Source of the DNA: Eledone cirrhosa
Lineage: Eukaryota
NCBI GenBank assembly: GCA_964016885.1
Contig: OZ024742.1
Coordinates: 285,634,001 to 285,698,000, forward strand
Length of the DNA stretch: 64,000 nt
Reading direction: 5' to 3'
The notes under the pieces are model-generated. The model searched no databases and was not told the DNA's origin. It was given only the letters and a program-made list of their open reading frames with translations. The translations under genes were made by a program, and so were the position numbers. This document shows positions 29,069-45,019 of this stretch, one piece after another (the stretch's first letter is position 1; each line of letters opens with the position of its first letter).

Positions 29069-29634
29069 ATCTCTCTCTTTCATATCTCTTTCTTCCCCTC
29101 TCTCCCTCTCTTTCTCACTCATCTGTTCTTTTCTAGTATTCTGACAGTTTGCCAAAATAACACATGTAATCCTCCAGGTCCATCTGTCTACTGATACACA
29201 CACACAGATATATATACATATATATATACAGATATATATACATATATATATACATATATATACACATAGATATACGCACACACTAACACACATACATATA
29301 TATATACATAAATATATATAGATACATATATATACACAATATACGCACACACACACACACGCACACACATTATATATACGTATGCATACATACACGTATA
29401 TATTTACATAGACACTCACATATATGCATACATGCACACACATGTACGTATACATGTATACATGCATACATATGTATTTACATACAATGCATACATGCAT
29501 ACGTACGCACATACATACATACATACATACATACACACATATGCACACATACACATATATGATTACATGCACACACATGTACATATATATTTATATAGAT
29601 ATGTACATGCATACGTACTTATACATACATACAT

Positions 29635-30812
29635 GATGGTTGCCCCCCTCGTTATCGAATATGGACATTGCATGGTATACCATTATCAATAAATATTAAT
29701 TAATTCTATCGTGCAATGCCTGTGCGTGAAGATTTTTTCAAGTGAAGAAAGACTGTGCACTGAGCCAATCCCACTCTCTGAGCGACAGTAGCTATAACCC
29801 GAAAAGAAGAAAAGATCAACATCATCGGTAACTACTGAGCCGCAGGTTTTATGTCGGTGTTACCCCAGTTTCCTGAGTTGCCTTCTCCTAGAAGGCATGT
29901 ATGTATGTATATGTATATATGTATATGCATGTGTGCATGTGTATATATATATATATATGCGCGGGGACAGAAATAGTCGGGCTGGGTACCCAATCGTGTG
30001 GTTTAAACATACATACATACATACATACATACATACATACATACATACATACATACATTCATGCATTCATAACTGAGATATGTTAATAATTGCCTCAATA
30101 CAAATCTTGAGAAGCTGGGCTTCACAGAAACAGAAAGAACACAACTAGTTAGGAAATTGCAAGTACAATCCATTAATGGAACAGTAAAAATATGTAAAAC
30201 ATTCCAAAGATTTTGCATCTAATAACTGCATATACACATGTACAGATACAAAGCGTATGCACATGAACACATAAACTCAAAACACACCTCCACGCAAACA
30301 ATAACATCCATACCTGCACACACATGCATGCAGACATGCATACATATCTACCTAGTTGATGTTGTGTAAATTCCAATGAGAAAGTCTTGTAACTATGTTA
30401 AAAACCGACTCTCTCTCTATTGGCAAAAATTTGTGAAATTATAAAATCAGAAGAACATACATACATACATACACGATGATGGCTGCCCCCTCGTTATCGA
30501 GTATGGCCATTGCACGTTATACCATTATTAATAATTATTAATTAATTCTATTGTGCAATGCCTGCGCATGAAGATATTTTTTAAAGCGAGGAAAGATTGC
30601 ATTGAGCCAATCCCACTTTCTGAGCGACAGTTGCTATAACCCGAAAAGAAGAAAAGATCAACATCATTGGTAACTATTGAGCCACAGGTTTTATATCGGA
30701 GTTATCCCAGTTTCCTGAGTTGCCTTCTCCTAGAAGAATGCCCTATCAAAGGCTAGGGTCCTTCACTCCCAGTGGTTTAACCACGCGATCGGGTGTCTAA
30801 CCCGACTATTTC
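29635..30812. repeat. ~260-bp diverged direct repeat (29635-29895 / 30476-30740) associated with (CATA)n; LINE 5'-UTR-like on minus strand
   Basis: Direct repeat; minus-strand ttctaggagaaggcaactc motif shared with 58870-58945 and 63265-63345. Confidence 0.6.
30062..30455 (+). mobile_element. 3' end of an R4/Dong-like non-LTR retrotransposon inserted in (CATA)n
   Basis: Manual translation YVNNCLNTNLEKLGFTETERTQLVRKLQVQSINGTVKICKTFQRF* resembles RLE-LINE C-termini; (CATA)n on both sides. Confidence 0.55.
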
Positions 30813-31466
30813 TACATACATACATACATACATACATACATACATACATACATACATACATACATACATACATACATACATACATGCATACATACATACA
30901 TACTGTACCCATAGCTGACAAGACATAAGAATATGGTATACTGAAAGTCTTGTGGCAACACATTGGGAATCAGTTGTCCGACAGACCTTAAAATAATGTT
31001 GAAGATAAAAGACAAAGAAAACCATTTATGTTGAACTAATGAAAGCTCTACCAATAGCTACACCTGGCCTATAACTTTAGATTTATACCTGTGATTAGTG
31101 GAGCATATGGTTATGTAACTTACTGTCACTGTATGTATGTGTGTATAAATGTATGTGTGTATGCCTGTGCATGTAACTATGTGTGTGTGTGTGTGTGACA
31201 GCTCACACCTATGCAGGTTTAGCTAGCCTCCTCCAAGTTATATCTCGTTGGAGGTAACCTGGGTAGTTTATGATAGGGACCCCAGTCCTATCATCTCATT
31301 TCTACAGCTGAGTAAACTGGAGCAACGTGAAATAAAGTGTCTTGCTCAAGGAAACAACACATCTATGTATATATGTATGAATATGTATATGTATGTATGC
31401 ATGCATTTATGTTTATATATATATATATGTATTTTTTATATATATATATATACATGTGTATATATG

Positions 31467-31567
<101 letters not shown>

Positions 31568-31989
31568 GTGAGGTTTTTTTTACAAAATGAAAAATAACCG
31601 AGGTGTCCTACACGAGTGGAAGTATAAAAAAAGAGATGAAATCGAAAATGCAACTGAAGTCTTATTTTTTTTTAAAATATATATATTTATTTGGTTCCTT
31701 TACCGGTTTCGCAGTTCTTCTGCTTTTCAAAAGGTGAGTTGAGATGGAGGGTCTGTGGTTTTTCTCACATATATATATATACATAGATATCCACGGTAAG
31801 TTGAAGTTGTGGGGTCTAGTCTGTATGAAGAACTCACTGTAATCCATATGTTGAAAATGTTGTAGGTTAAGATAAATCCCGGAAAACAATAAAACATTAA
31901 AAGGAAAACAGAGTCATGATATAAGTTAAAACAATGAAATAAAAAATCAAGTCATTAGAGATATACTTCACTTCATTCTAGATGATGAT

Positions 31990-32179
31990 AATTGTTTCTA
32001 TTTTTGGAACAAGGCCACCAATTATTCCAGTGTATTACTGGTACTTTATTTTATCGACCCCGTAAGGATAAAAGGCAAAGTTAACCTCGGCGGGATTTGA
32101 ACTCAGTCCGTAAAGGGACGTAACTGTGCTGCAAAGCATGGCGCCCGACCCTCTACCGATACTGCCAATTCACCGCCCT
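31990..32179 (-). mobile_element. SINE family 1 copy
   Basis: Reverse complement match to 8184-8372. Confidence 0.88.
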
Positions 32180-32298
32180 AGATGATGGTAATACATTCTA
32201 GATGATGATAATACATTATGTATTATCATCATCTAGAAACGATCGTAAAGCAGTGAAGTATATCTCTAATGACTTGATTTTTTATTTCATTGTTTTAA

Positions 32299-32401
<103 letters not shown>

Positions 32402-32414
32402 ATATATATATATA

Positions 32415-34160
32415 CATAAAATTGAAAAAGTGAAGAATAACATGGTCAACAGTACAAAAAAGGGGATTTAATTGCAGCCTAACAATTGTTTCACTGATAG
32501 AGTCGTCTAAAAATTGCTGAACACTAAAAGCAATGCCACTCAATTTTAAATACGATGTTAACTCTATTAGATCTTCGAAAACTGTTAAAAAAATATATAT
32601 GTAACCGGCAAATTTACAAATTCAAATTACATCATCAATAATAATATTAATAATAAAGATATAGAGAGAAAAGGAGGAAGAAAGGGAGATAGATACAGTA
32701 AAGAAAGAAAGGAAAGGAAGGAGAAAGAAGAAGAAGGAAAAAGAGAAAGAAGGAGAAAAAGGAGAAATTATTATAGATAGAAATATAAAGAGAAGATATA
32801 TAGAAGATGATGTTAGATAGAGGAGAGACAAACATAAGTAGAGATAACGTAGGATAGAAAGAAGAATAGAGGGACAAATAAATGAATAAACGTTAATACA
32901 TGAATAAATGTAAATAAAAAGAGAAGTAGATATATAAAAAATATATGAAAAAATATATAAAAAAATATATAAAAATTGATAAATAAATAAATAAATAAAT
33001 AAGTTATATCTAATGTGATATAAAATGTTATAAAATGTGAAAAATGAAGAATAAAAATAAATACGTAAAAGTCAGTAAAAAGAGTAAAAATGTGCAAAGA
33101 ATATTTAAACATTAAAATTATTAAGAATGGTTTTTGAGAATTGTTGAAATATATGGAGAGATAATAAGGTGAAAATATGATAATGTTAAATATATTTATG
33201 TGTGTATTGGTTATTTTAATAAATAAATAAATAAATTAGTTTTAAGTTATATTATATGATAAAATAAAATGACAGAGATGAAATAAATTTAGGGAGAGAA
33301 ATATAAAGATAAAGAGTGAAAAATAGAGATATATAAAATAAGAATGTAAATATAAGAGGTTTTGATGTTGTTCTTTGATAGATGAATAAAATTATAATTA
33401 TAATTATAATTATAATTATAATGCTGATGATGTTGATAATGTGATATCATAATAGATCCAAGTGGTACAATCTGGGTTATGGAATAGATATGATGGAATT
33501 AAGCTGGTCTAAAGTTCTCAAATTTAGTCGCCGATTTATGTCGTCAAAAAATAGTTTGCATCTTAAGATGCAAACATGGAATATAAAATCAGCTGGACAA
33601 ATCTATCAAAAGCAAAGGCATATCAAATTGGTATGTCCCACTCTGGTCTCTGTAATATGGAACTTTTCCAAATTTTAAATTACAACAGAATTCTTCTTAA
33701 CAGTAAAATTGAAAAAAACTATTTTTTGTCGATAAAAATCGGCGACTAAATTTGAGAACTTTAGACCAACTTAATTCCATCCTATTTATTCCATAACCCA
33801 TTTGCCGGTTACATATATATTTTTTTAACAGTTTTCGAAGATCTAATAGAGTTAACATCGTATTTAAAATTGAGTGGCATTGCTTTTAGTGTTCAGCAAT
33901 TTTTAGACGACTCTATCAGTGAAACAATTGTTAGACTGCAAATAAATCCCCTTTTTTGTACTGTTGACCATGTTATTCTCCACTTTTTCAATTTTATTAC
34001 TCCAAGATAAACTTACATAGGAATACAAGTGAAATCATAAACTCGTCATCTACGTAAACCTCGTGTTAGGCCAAGCAACGCCGTACGCTAAAACTATCCA
34101 TAATAAGAAGTATTCGCAACCTCTAATTGGATTACCTATAACGATATTTTGTTATCCTTT
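32415..34160. mobile_element. PLE-type tail with inverted pLTR pair (32415-32612 / 33800-33998) carrying an HHR-like motif
   Basis: ~200-bp inverted repeat; cagttt-TCGAAGA-t-ctaatagagt...actctatcag-t-GAAA-caattg-TT-agactg at 33829-33938 and inverted at 32475-32584; (TA)n flanks. Confidence 0.7.
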
Positions 34161-35041
34161 ATATATATATACATATATATAAATTAAATATGTATTGTAT
34201 ATATAATACATATATAAAAATTACATATATATATATATAAATTATATATATATATAAATTTAATATATATATTAAATTAAAGTTAGACGCTTCAACGTAT
34301 GTGTTTATTTGGACTATGAAAAATAGTTTAACAAATTGAGCATAACATTCCCAGCGTCACCCGTTACAGTATTTTTCATTGTCAAAAAAATACGTGTGTT
34401 GAAGCTTCTAAATCTAGAAATACGTGTGTTGAAGCTTCTAAATCTTTTGAAAAAATGTTATTAGATCCACGTTTCTAAAAATAGATTATATATAATTAAT
34501 ATAATGGAAAATGATTTAAAAAAGAGTACATTAGAAAAACGATATATCAATTTCTTACTTAAATAGAGTTATAAAGGAATATTGACGTTTCGGATGCAAA
34601 ACATTCATTGGAAAGAAAAAGTGCTGGAAGAATATAGGATATAAGGGTGAAACAAACGAGGAAAAAAGGAAAATGCTTTAATCTTTCTCTTTCTCTCTCT
34701 TATACATATATATTAGAAAGAATCGAGACCCGACGATTGAGCTCTTGCCATTTCAACAGCTAGTCCAGACTCTTTATAATATAACCATACTCTACCATCC
34801 CAAGTATCTAGTACTCCGTTGAGTAATGGTCTAACCAGTTTCAAACTAATTCCATCCTGATTCATACACTGACACACACATATATATATAGAAAGAGATT
34901 AGTTTCGGGATCATATAGTTCCAGGTCTGACCCTATGGCGCGCTATTTGTTTTCTAATTGGTTAAGTTCTGTCTTTTACTGCCTCGTGACAACTTAAGCC
35001 TTTGAGTTGATGGAAACTGCGTAGAAGACGCTGAGCTGGTT

Positions 35042-35155
<114 letters not shown>

Positions 35156-36311
35156 TGGTCCCTCTCATTACATCATCGTTAAAGAAGAAAAATAAACTAC
35201 TTGAGAACTAGAAGAATGTGGGTTCACAAGGACCAAACTATTAAGAAAAGTAACAAAACTTACCAATTTCGAAAATAAGAATGTAGACAGTAAGACAAAA
35301 AAATTATATATATATATGTGTGTGAGTGTGTGTGTGTCTGTGTGTGTGCGCGTGCGTGTGTGTCTGTGTGTGTGCACATATATAATTATATATATATATA
35401 GTTACATATACAAAATTAACAAACATGTATTTACCCACACATGTGTATATATTTATATATATATATATATGTGAGAGAGAGGGGGGAGAAAGAGGGGGGG
35501 AGAGAATGGGGGGGGGGTTAAATAATCAAGAGATAGACAATGGTAAAGATAGAAAGGATGGCAGTAAATGTAATCTATTTTTGAATTAAGGCGCAAGAGA
35601 AACCGTGTGTAGTCTGTAACCCAAATTCAATCCACTTATAAAAAGGTTACACACATGGGCTGGGTTTGTTTACAAACAGAAAAAAAAAACTCTTCTAAGC
35701 GTGTGAACTAAGTGTGGGATAGTTTTTACAGTAATATTTCACTTTAATATTATCATAAAACTTTTTCTCGTGTTTTCTGTTTTTTCGCCGTCATGTGTTT
35801 TGGTATGTAGAGGGCACAAGGGAAGAACCGGGATATAGAGTGGAAGTAAGGATTCGGGAGAACCTGATGCCCTTAAAAATATGTATTTGTAGAGGGTGGT
35901 GGTGGTTGGAAGGTCTTTTGTATGGATGCAGTATGGCTAAATAGTAAATAAGTTTGTTTTTAAATAATTAAGTCCTGGGTTCAATCTCACTGCGTTGCAT
36001 TTGGAACGTGTGCATTTATATATGTATGTATGTTCTTCTTGTTTTATTACAGTAAGGTCGATAAATAAAGTACCAATAATACACTTGGGTCGATTTAATC
36101 GACTTTCCCCCTCACCCAAAATTGTTATCCTTGTGCCTAAATCAGAAATCATTATTTTATGTATATATGTATTATTGTTCAAAAGCTACTTATTGATTTA
36201 GAAGCTTTTATTTTTCTTCAAAATGTTCTTTATGATTCCAGATTTAATAAATTAATGTCTTCACCATAAACTTGCCATAAGTCGTATCTAAAATTATATA
36301 TATATATATAA

Positions 36312-36627
36312 AGACCCACTTCGGTCACGTATGACCATGAGATTTGCATCTATAAAGTTCCCCTCCGGGTATAATTGTTTGTGGAAGACCAGCAGTCGCT
36401 TATGCATAACGGTCTCCTCTTTCCATACCACCGATGTTGTCCAAGGGGAAGGTAATGGCCGATACAGCTTAGCACCAGTGACATCGCAACTCATTTCTAC
36501 AACTGAGTGAACTGGAACAACGTAAAATAAAGTCTATTGTTAAAAATACAACGCAGAGCCCTGTCCGAGACTGGAACTCACAACCTCACGATTGTAAGCC
36601 CGACGCTCTAACCACAAAGCCATGCGC
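36312..36627 (-). mobile_element. Second tRNA-derived SINE family (CORE-like body)
   Basis: Minus strand gcgcatggctttgtggttagagcgtcgggcttacaatcgtgaggttgtgagttccagtc..actttattttacgttgttccagttcactcag; related pieces at 17250-17450 (+) and 31290-31360 (-). Confidence 0.7.
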
Positions 36628-36828
36628 TTTTTATATATATAAATCCACGCAATTCTTATGATTCACCAAAACACTTGTGTGTAATTTATTTTGATTCATC
36701 ATAACCATTAACGTTGCCTTTCATCCTTCCACGGTCAATGGGATAAAGTAGCAGTCAAGTACTGAGGAGTGGGGGAACTTAATTGAGTAGCCCCTCCCAT
36801 TACATTTCTGTTTCCGTTACAAATTCTT

Positions 36829-36861
<33 letters not shown>

Positions 36862-37934
36862 GTAACTATTAGTCTTTTTTCATTGTGTCGTCACTGCATT
36901 ACATAGCATAGTGTGTGTGTTGGGTAAAATGCATTGTGGTTTTTTGTGGTGTTGTTTCTATTATATTGGGAGTTATTATATTGAGAGCTATTATATTGAG
37001 AGTAATCTTTGTAATGTGTACAGAGCTGTGTAGTGCTATTTTCTGTATGCTGTATATATTTGTAAGTCCTGGAGTTTTGGTTATGTATCATTCCCAGAGC
37101 ACCTATAATTTACCGTCTTTAATGTCTCCTTAATGTGAACCCTGTGTGGCTAATAAAGAAAGCATTATTATTATTATTGGTGATCCCCGCGAAATATATA
37201 ATGTATGGTGTGTGAGCAGAAATGTTGGGTGTTCTGACTCGACTTAGTTGGTGGGTTCCCTCATGTGTTTGTGTATGGGTAACCCTAAATGTTTTGTTTG
37301 CTTATGTATCATATCATGTTTAGTATTATGATTTATATTAATTTTATAATTATTTCATGTTTTATCAAATTTATCTATCAAGTGTATAACTTTGTCTTGT
37401 CCCACATTGTATTACTGTAACCCTTGTGTTTATAATGTTTACTGCATTCTATGTGCAAACCCTTATCTGTAATAAAGTAGTCACTATTATTTTATTGCAA
37501 TATTAGAGCAGTAGAATGGCAGAATTGTTAGAGCATCGGACGAGATTCTTTGTGGTATTTGTTTCGCGGAATTTATATCCTAATTTCAAAATTTATATCC
37601 TAATTTTCAACTTTGTCCTACACCCCCCTCCTCCCCCGGGACCAATAGTCCACTGCCTCCCAACAATTTCTAGTCTTGTGCCTAAATTAAAAACTATTAT
37701 TTTATTGCAATGTTTTTAGAAATGTTAATATCAATTTGTAAAGTTAAGGGTCGAAACACTCATTTCAGAGCGGTTTCTTCTCTGAAGACCTTCTGCTGTC
37801 CAGCCCTCCTGAGAATTTCTTATCACTGTGAGCAGAAGTATGTTGTGTGACGTCACATGATGACGTGAATGAAGAGCTCATTCAAACAGACATTAACGGC
37901 AGCCATTGTTAAGGTTTAAATCTTTATAATGACA

Positions 37935-37966
<32 letters not shown>

Positions 37967-38151
37967 CTTATAATGATACATACATTTTTAATGATACATT
38001 CATGTACTTATAATGACATATACATGTATATACATATACTTATAATGACATTACATACATTTTTATGTGCTTTATATATCATTAACAGCAGCAGAAACAC
38101 CCGTAACATTGCAGGAATATAGTATATCATTCTCTTGTGGACTAAATGAAG

Positions 38152-38272
<121 letters not shown>

Positions 38273-38464
38273 ATATAAGATATCGTTTAATATATAAAGT
38301 AGAATTGGAAATAGCACGGAAAATATATTTAAGGATCTGTTTTTCTTTTTTCTTCTTTGATACGTCAAAGTGACATTATTGAGAAAATGAGAGGAAAAAT
38401 TCTTTAAAAAAAAAAAGGAGTTTTATAATGTATATAAAATATATAAAATATATAAAATATATAA

Positions 38465-38512
38465 AATATAACCGATTTCGATGTATCAGTGTAAACCATC
38501 TTATCAAATGTT
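38465..38512 (-). ncRNA. Hammerhead-like motif (U3-A8 core) in pLTR fragment 38280-38645
   Basis: Minus strand aacat-TTGATAA-gatg...catc-GAAA-tcgg-TT-atatt. Confidence 0.55.
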
Positions 38513-38663
38513 GAATATTACAATTAAAAAGAATTAAATAGAATTGAAAATAAAAAATTTAAAATCTCTCTCTCTACTATCCTAAGTATTAAGTACTCTG
38601 GTGCATAATGGTCCAACTGGTATCTTACCACACCTCTTTGATCTATATATATATATATATATA

Positions 38664-39760
38664 TGAAAGACGTAAAATAAGAGAATTATGAAAATTGACT
38701 TACTTACTAAAATTTCACTCCAACTAATTAGTTTCTATAAGGGAATAAATATGGTTACGTAACGTAATCATAGAGAAACCTTACGTCATCAGGGAGTCTA
38801 TTCTCCGCTAAGTTCCTAGGCAATGCGTGGACACAAGGAACTCATATAAAAATAATTCAATGGATGGAAAAAAGCGAGCGGGGACTAAATTCCAGGACAT
38901 TGAAAAAATTCACTGCCTACTTGGTCAGTGGCAAATTCGAAAGAATCAGTCACGTGACACTGAGGTTAATCAGTGAGGAGTCAATAGACTCCCTGATGAC
39001 GTAAGGTTTCTCTATTATTACGTTACGTAACCATATTTATTCCCTTACAGAAACTAATTAGTTGGAGTGAAATTTTAGTAAGTAAGTCAATTTTCATAAT
39101 TCTCTTATTTTACGCCTTTCATATAATTGTTCTGCATCCCCTTGCATTGAACTACAAAGTTACTAAGACTAAACCTATATATTTGCTAGCATAGGTATGC
39201 ATCTGTATACATATGTTGGTAGATATACTAATTCTTTATAATTATCTCCAAATTATTTGTTGAGTAAAAATTTGCCGAAATTACTACTATGGTTCATGGT
39301 AGTGGTCAGGCCCCTGTCTTAATAACATCCCACTCCTCACTGATTAACCTCAGTGTTACGTGACTGATTCTTTCGAATTTACCACTGACTAAGTAGGCAG
39401 TGAATTTTTCAATGTCCTGGAATTTAGTCCCCGCTCGCTTTTTTCCATCCATTGAATTATTTTTATATGAATTCCTTGTGTCCACGCATTGCCTAGGAAC
39501 TTAGCTGAGAATAGACTCCCTGATGAAGTAAGGTTTCTCTATTATTACGTTACGTAACCATATTTATTCCCTTACAGAAACTAATTAGTTTGAGTGAAAT
39601 TTTAGTAAGTAAGTCAATTTTCATAATTCTCTTATTTTTCGTCTTTCATATAATTGTTCTGCATCCCCTTGCATTGAACTACAAAGTTACTAAGACTAAA
39701 CCTATATATTTTCTAGCATAGGTATGCATCTGTATACATATGTTGGTAGATATACTAATT

Positions 39761-39765
<5 letters not shown>
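38664..39765 (+). mobile_element. ORF-less HHR-bearing tandem element, 527-bp period, with inverted 5' copy (pLTR-derived or retrozyme-like, subfamily A)
   Basis: HHR at 38988-39068 and 39515-39595, inverted at 38717-38797; 38664-38980 is the reverse complement of ~39335-39650; (TA)n at both ends. Confidence 0.85.
38988..39068 (+). ncRNA. Hammerhead ribozyme, subfamily A
   Basis: actcc-CTGATGA-c-gtaagg...ccttac-a-GAAA-ctaattag-TT-ggagt; palindromic stem III. Confidence 0.85.
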
Positions 39766-39807
<42 letters not shown>

Positions 39808-41034
39808 CACACGCACACATGTGTGTGTGTGTGCGAGCCTAGGTTGAGTAAGCTTCATATAAACATTTATAGGACGGCGGCCAAGGATAAAAATTGAAGT
39901 AAAACATAATATATTTATATGAAGGAGAGTGTGTCAGTGTGTCATTGTTTTAAGTGGTTTGACACGTGACCAGACTCTTGAACACCTGGTCTAATTGTTT
40001 CTGATGATGAGGATGATGATGATGATGATTGCAATGAATTTAGTTATGATGAAGTTCATAAAGATGAGTATTGAGAGTAATCTTTGTAATGTGTACAGAG
40101 CTGTGTAGTGCTATTTTCTGTATGCTGTATATATTTGTAAGTCCTAGAGTTTTGGTTATGTATCATTCCCAGAGCACCTATAATTTACCGTCTTTAATGT
40201 CTCCTTAATGTGAACCCTGTGTGGCTAATAAAAGAAGCATTATTATTATTATTATTGGTGATCCCCACGAAATATATAATGTATGGTGTGTGAGCAGAAA
40301 TGTTGGGTGTTCTGACTCGACTTAGTTGGTGGGTTCCCTCATGTGTTTGTATATATAGGTAACCCTAAATGTTTTGTTTGCTTATGTATCATATCATGTT
40401 TAGTATTATGATTTATATTAATTTCATAATTTTTTCATGTTTTATCAAATTTATCTATCAAGTGTATAACTTTGTCTTGCCCCACGTGTATTACTGTAAC
40501 CCTTGTGTTTATAATGTTTACTGCATTCTAGGTGCAAACCCTTATCTGTAATAAAATAGTCACTATTATTTTATTGCAATATTAGAGCAGTAGAATGGCA
40601 GAATTGTTAGAGCATCGGACGAGATTCTTTGTGGTATTTGTTTCGGGGAATTTATATCCTAATTTCAAAATTTATATCCTAATTTTCAACTTTGCCCTAC
40701 ACCCCCTCCTCCCCCGGGACCAATAGTCCACTGCCTCCCAACAATTTCTAGTCTTGTGCCTAAATTAAAAACTATTATTTTATTGCAATATTTTTAGAAA
40801 TGTTAATATCAATTTGTAAAGTTAAGGGTCGAAACACTCATTTCAGAGCGGTTTCTTCTCTGAAGACCTTCTGCTGTCCAGCCCTCCTGAGAATTTCTTA
40901 TCACTGTGAGCAGAAGTATGTTGTGTGACGTCACATGATGAGCTCATTCAAACAGACATTAACGGCAGCCATTGTTAAGGTTTAAATCTAACAGATACAC
41001 ACACTTATAATGACATGCATATATATATATATAT

Positions 41035-41090
<56 letters not shown>

Positions 41091-41243
41091 TTATAATGAT
41101 ACATACATTTTTAATGATACATTCATGTACTTATAATGACATTACATACATTTTTATGTGCTTTATATATCATTAACAGCAGCAGAAACAACTGTAACAT
41201 TGCAGGAATATAGTATATCATTCTCTCGTGGACTAAATGAAGG

Positions 41244-41301
<58 letters not shown>

Positions 41302-41366
41302 GAAGATATGTAAGGTTAAAATTTGTTTGTGTGAATCAAAATGAACTCTCATTTTGGACTCTAACC

Positions 41367-42557
<1,191 letters not shown>

Positions 42558-42641
42558 AAAAGGTAAACACAAATAACAACACAATCGGTACAGTATATAT
42601 AAAGAATATATTAGGTTGACGCTTGAAATAGCAGGAAGAGG

Positions 42642-42680
42642 GTCTTAATGTTTCGGACCGGTAGTCCTTCATCAGAAGAC
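42642..42680 (-). ncRNA. Minimal hammerhead motif in a solo pLTR fragment (42555-42785)
   Basis: Minus strand gtctt-CTGATGA-a-ggac taccg gtcc-GAAA-cat-TA-agac. Confidence 0.7.
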
Positions 42681-42783
42681 AGAATGATAAATAAGATAGA
42701 TATAAGGCACAGGTGGGTGGAATTGGAAAAGATGGTACTCTGGTGCGTTATGGTCCACCTGGTATCTTACCACACCCTCTTTG

Positions 42784-42832
<49 letters not shown>

Positions 42833-43024
42833 CACACGCACATGTGTGTGTGTGTGCGAGCCTAGGTTGAGTAAGCTTCACGTAAACATTTATAGGACGG
42901 CGGCCAAGGATAAAAATTGAAGTAAAAGATAATATATTTATATGAAGGAGAGTGTGTCAGTGTGTCATTATTTTAAGTGGTTTGACACGTGACCAGACTC
43001 TTGAACACCTGGCCTAATCGTTTC

Positions 43025-43112
43025 TGATGATGAGGATGATGATGATGATGAGGATGATGATGATGATGATGATGATGATTGCAATGAATATAGTTATGAT
43101 GAAGTTGATAAA

Positions 43113-43157
<45 letters not shown>

Positions 43158-43550
43158 AGCAATGAAGAGGAGGGTGGTGATGATGATGAGGATGACATTT
43201 ATGGTGATGATGATAATAAAGGTAATTAGGAGGAGGAGGAGGAGGAGGAGGAGGAGGAGGAAGAGGAGGAGGACAATAAAAATATTTATAATGATGAGGC
43301 TGATAAGGAAGGTGATGAAGATGATGATGATGATGAAGGCAATTAGGATGAGGAGGAGAATGAGGATGAGGAGGAGGTGGAGGAGTAAGGAGAGGATTAG
43401 GAGAAGAGGAAGAGGATTACAATAAAATATCTATGATGATGAGGCTGATAAGGAAGATGAGGAAGAGGAGGACGAAAAAGAGGAAGGTGAGGACGATGAT
43501 GATGACAATGAAGATAATTAGAAGGAAGAGGAGTACAATGAAAATAGTTA
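43025..43550. repeat. (GAT)n/(GAG)n low-complexity tract, continuing at 44485-44770 beyond the Helitron-like insertion
   Basis: Simple trinucleotide repeats. Confidence 0.85.
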
Positions 43551-43552
43551 TG

Positions 43553-43846
43553 ACTAGCAGAATGGCCCGGCGTTGCTCGGGATTCTAAACATAGATTGGC
43601 ATGTTTATCCCTCCTTTCTGAAACAGTTTCGTCGCATCTTCACCAATTGATGCAGAAGTCCTAATAAAAAGTGAAGTCGCCTTGGGGGAATAGGCAAATA
43701 ATTTTCCATTAAGATTTTTCAAAAGCATGTAATTGCGTTCCCTCTCTTTTTTGTTGTTGTTTTTGCTGCTGTCGAGCCTCGTGAAATAAATACGTTTGTT
43801 TTTTGTTTATATTTTGTTATTGTGTATGCAAAAATATCTGTACACG

Positions 43847-43905
<59 letters not shown>

Positions 43906-44083
43906 AAATAACAGATTAAAGTTTAAGCAAAGAATTGCTGCTTTCACCCTTAACGGGATCTTCTGAAACTAAAAAAATCAATCTGTGAACGCAGAAATAA
44001 ATATTTCGAAAAACGTTACACACTATATATATATATATACACACACACTGTACTGCCTCTCTGTTTTGTTCCCGTTCCATTTT

Positions 44084-44161
<78 letters not shown>

Positions 44162-44483
44162 ATATACATATATATACACACGCACAGATAGTGTCATAAT
44201 GTCGTAATGCAGACAGTCAGACATACAGACAGATATTATAAAGGCGCGACGTTGTAGCTATGTATCTATCTAAAAAGACAGACTAAGAAAGATAGAGAGA
44301 GATCGTTACCGGCGCCTAATGCGGTCCCTAGGGCATTGAAAACTTGAAATATTTTTTGCCCAAAACACTCACACGACCATAAGCATTACATGTGTAAAGT
44401 TTGAAAAAATCGGTTGGGTGGTTCTCAAGTTTTAGGGAGTCGGACAGATAGACAAACAGACATTCTCTGTTTTAGATATATAG
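43553..44483 (-). mobile_element. Non-autonomous Helitron-like element carrying a nested HHR-pLTR fragment (43903-44020)
   Basis: actagcagaatggcccggcgttgctcggg at the left end, agatatataga with (gaca)n at the right end; same termini type as 7566-8163. Confidence 0.7.
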
Positions 44484-44838
44484 ATGACGCTGATGAGGTT
44501 AATAAGGAAGGTGATGGTGATGATGATGATGATGATAGTAAGGAAGAATAAGAGGATAGTGATAAGATAATTTTGATGAGGAGGACGGGGAGGCAGCTGT
44601 TGAGAATGAGGATAATTAGGACGATGATGATGTCAATGAAAATAATTATAATGACGACGATGATGATAAAGTAAGCTCTGATGATGTTGGTGATGATGAT
44701 GATGGTGATGTTAATGATGATGGTGATCGTGGTGACGATTTTGTTGATTGTGATAATGATGATGGTAATTATGTAAATAATTTTTTTTTTTTTAATGCAA
44801 CTTTGAATTGTGGGAAAGATTTGAGACATACTCTAGTT

Positions 44839-45019
44839 CAGACATGTCAAACATGCGGCCTGCACAAAGGTTTTTACTGCGCTAGTGTGTTTTATCTTCG
44901 GAATATAAAATAAAAATAAAAATCAGTTGTAATGTGCGCAATTAGTTGTCGTGTGTGGCCCTCTGTCAACACATATGTGACCCATGTGGTCCTCGGGGTC
45001 CCTCAGTTTGACATGCCTG
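44839..45019. mobile_element. hAT-type MITE
   Basis: TIRs cagacatgtcaaac / gtttgacatgcctg; 8-bp TSD ctctagtt / ctcttgtt. Confidence 0.8.
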
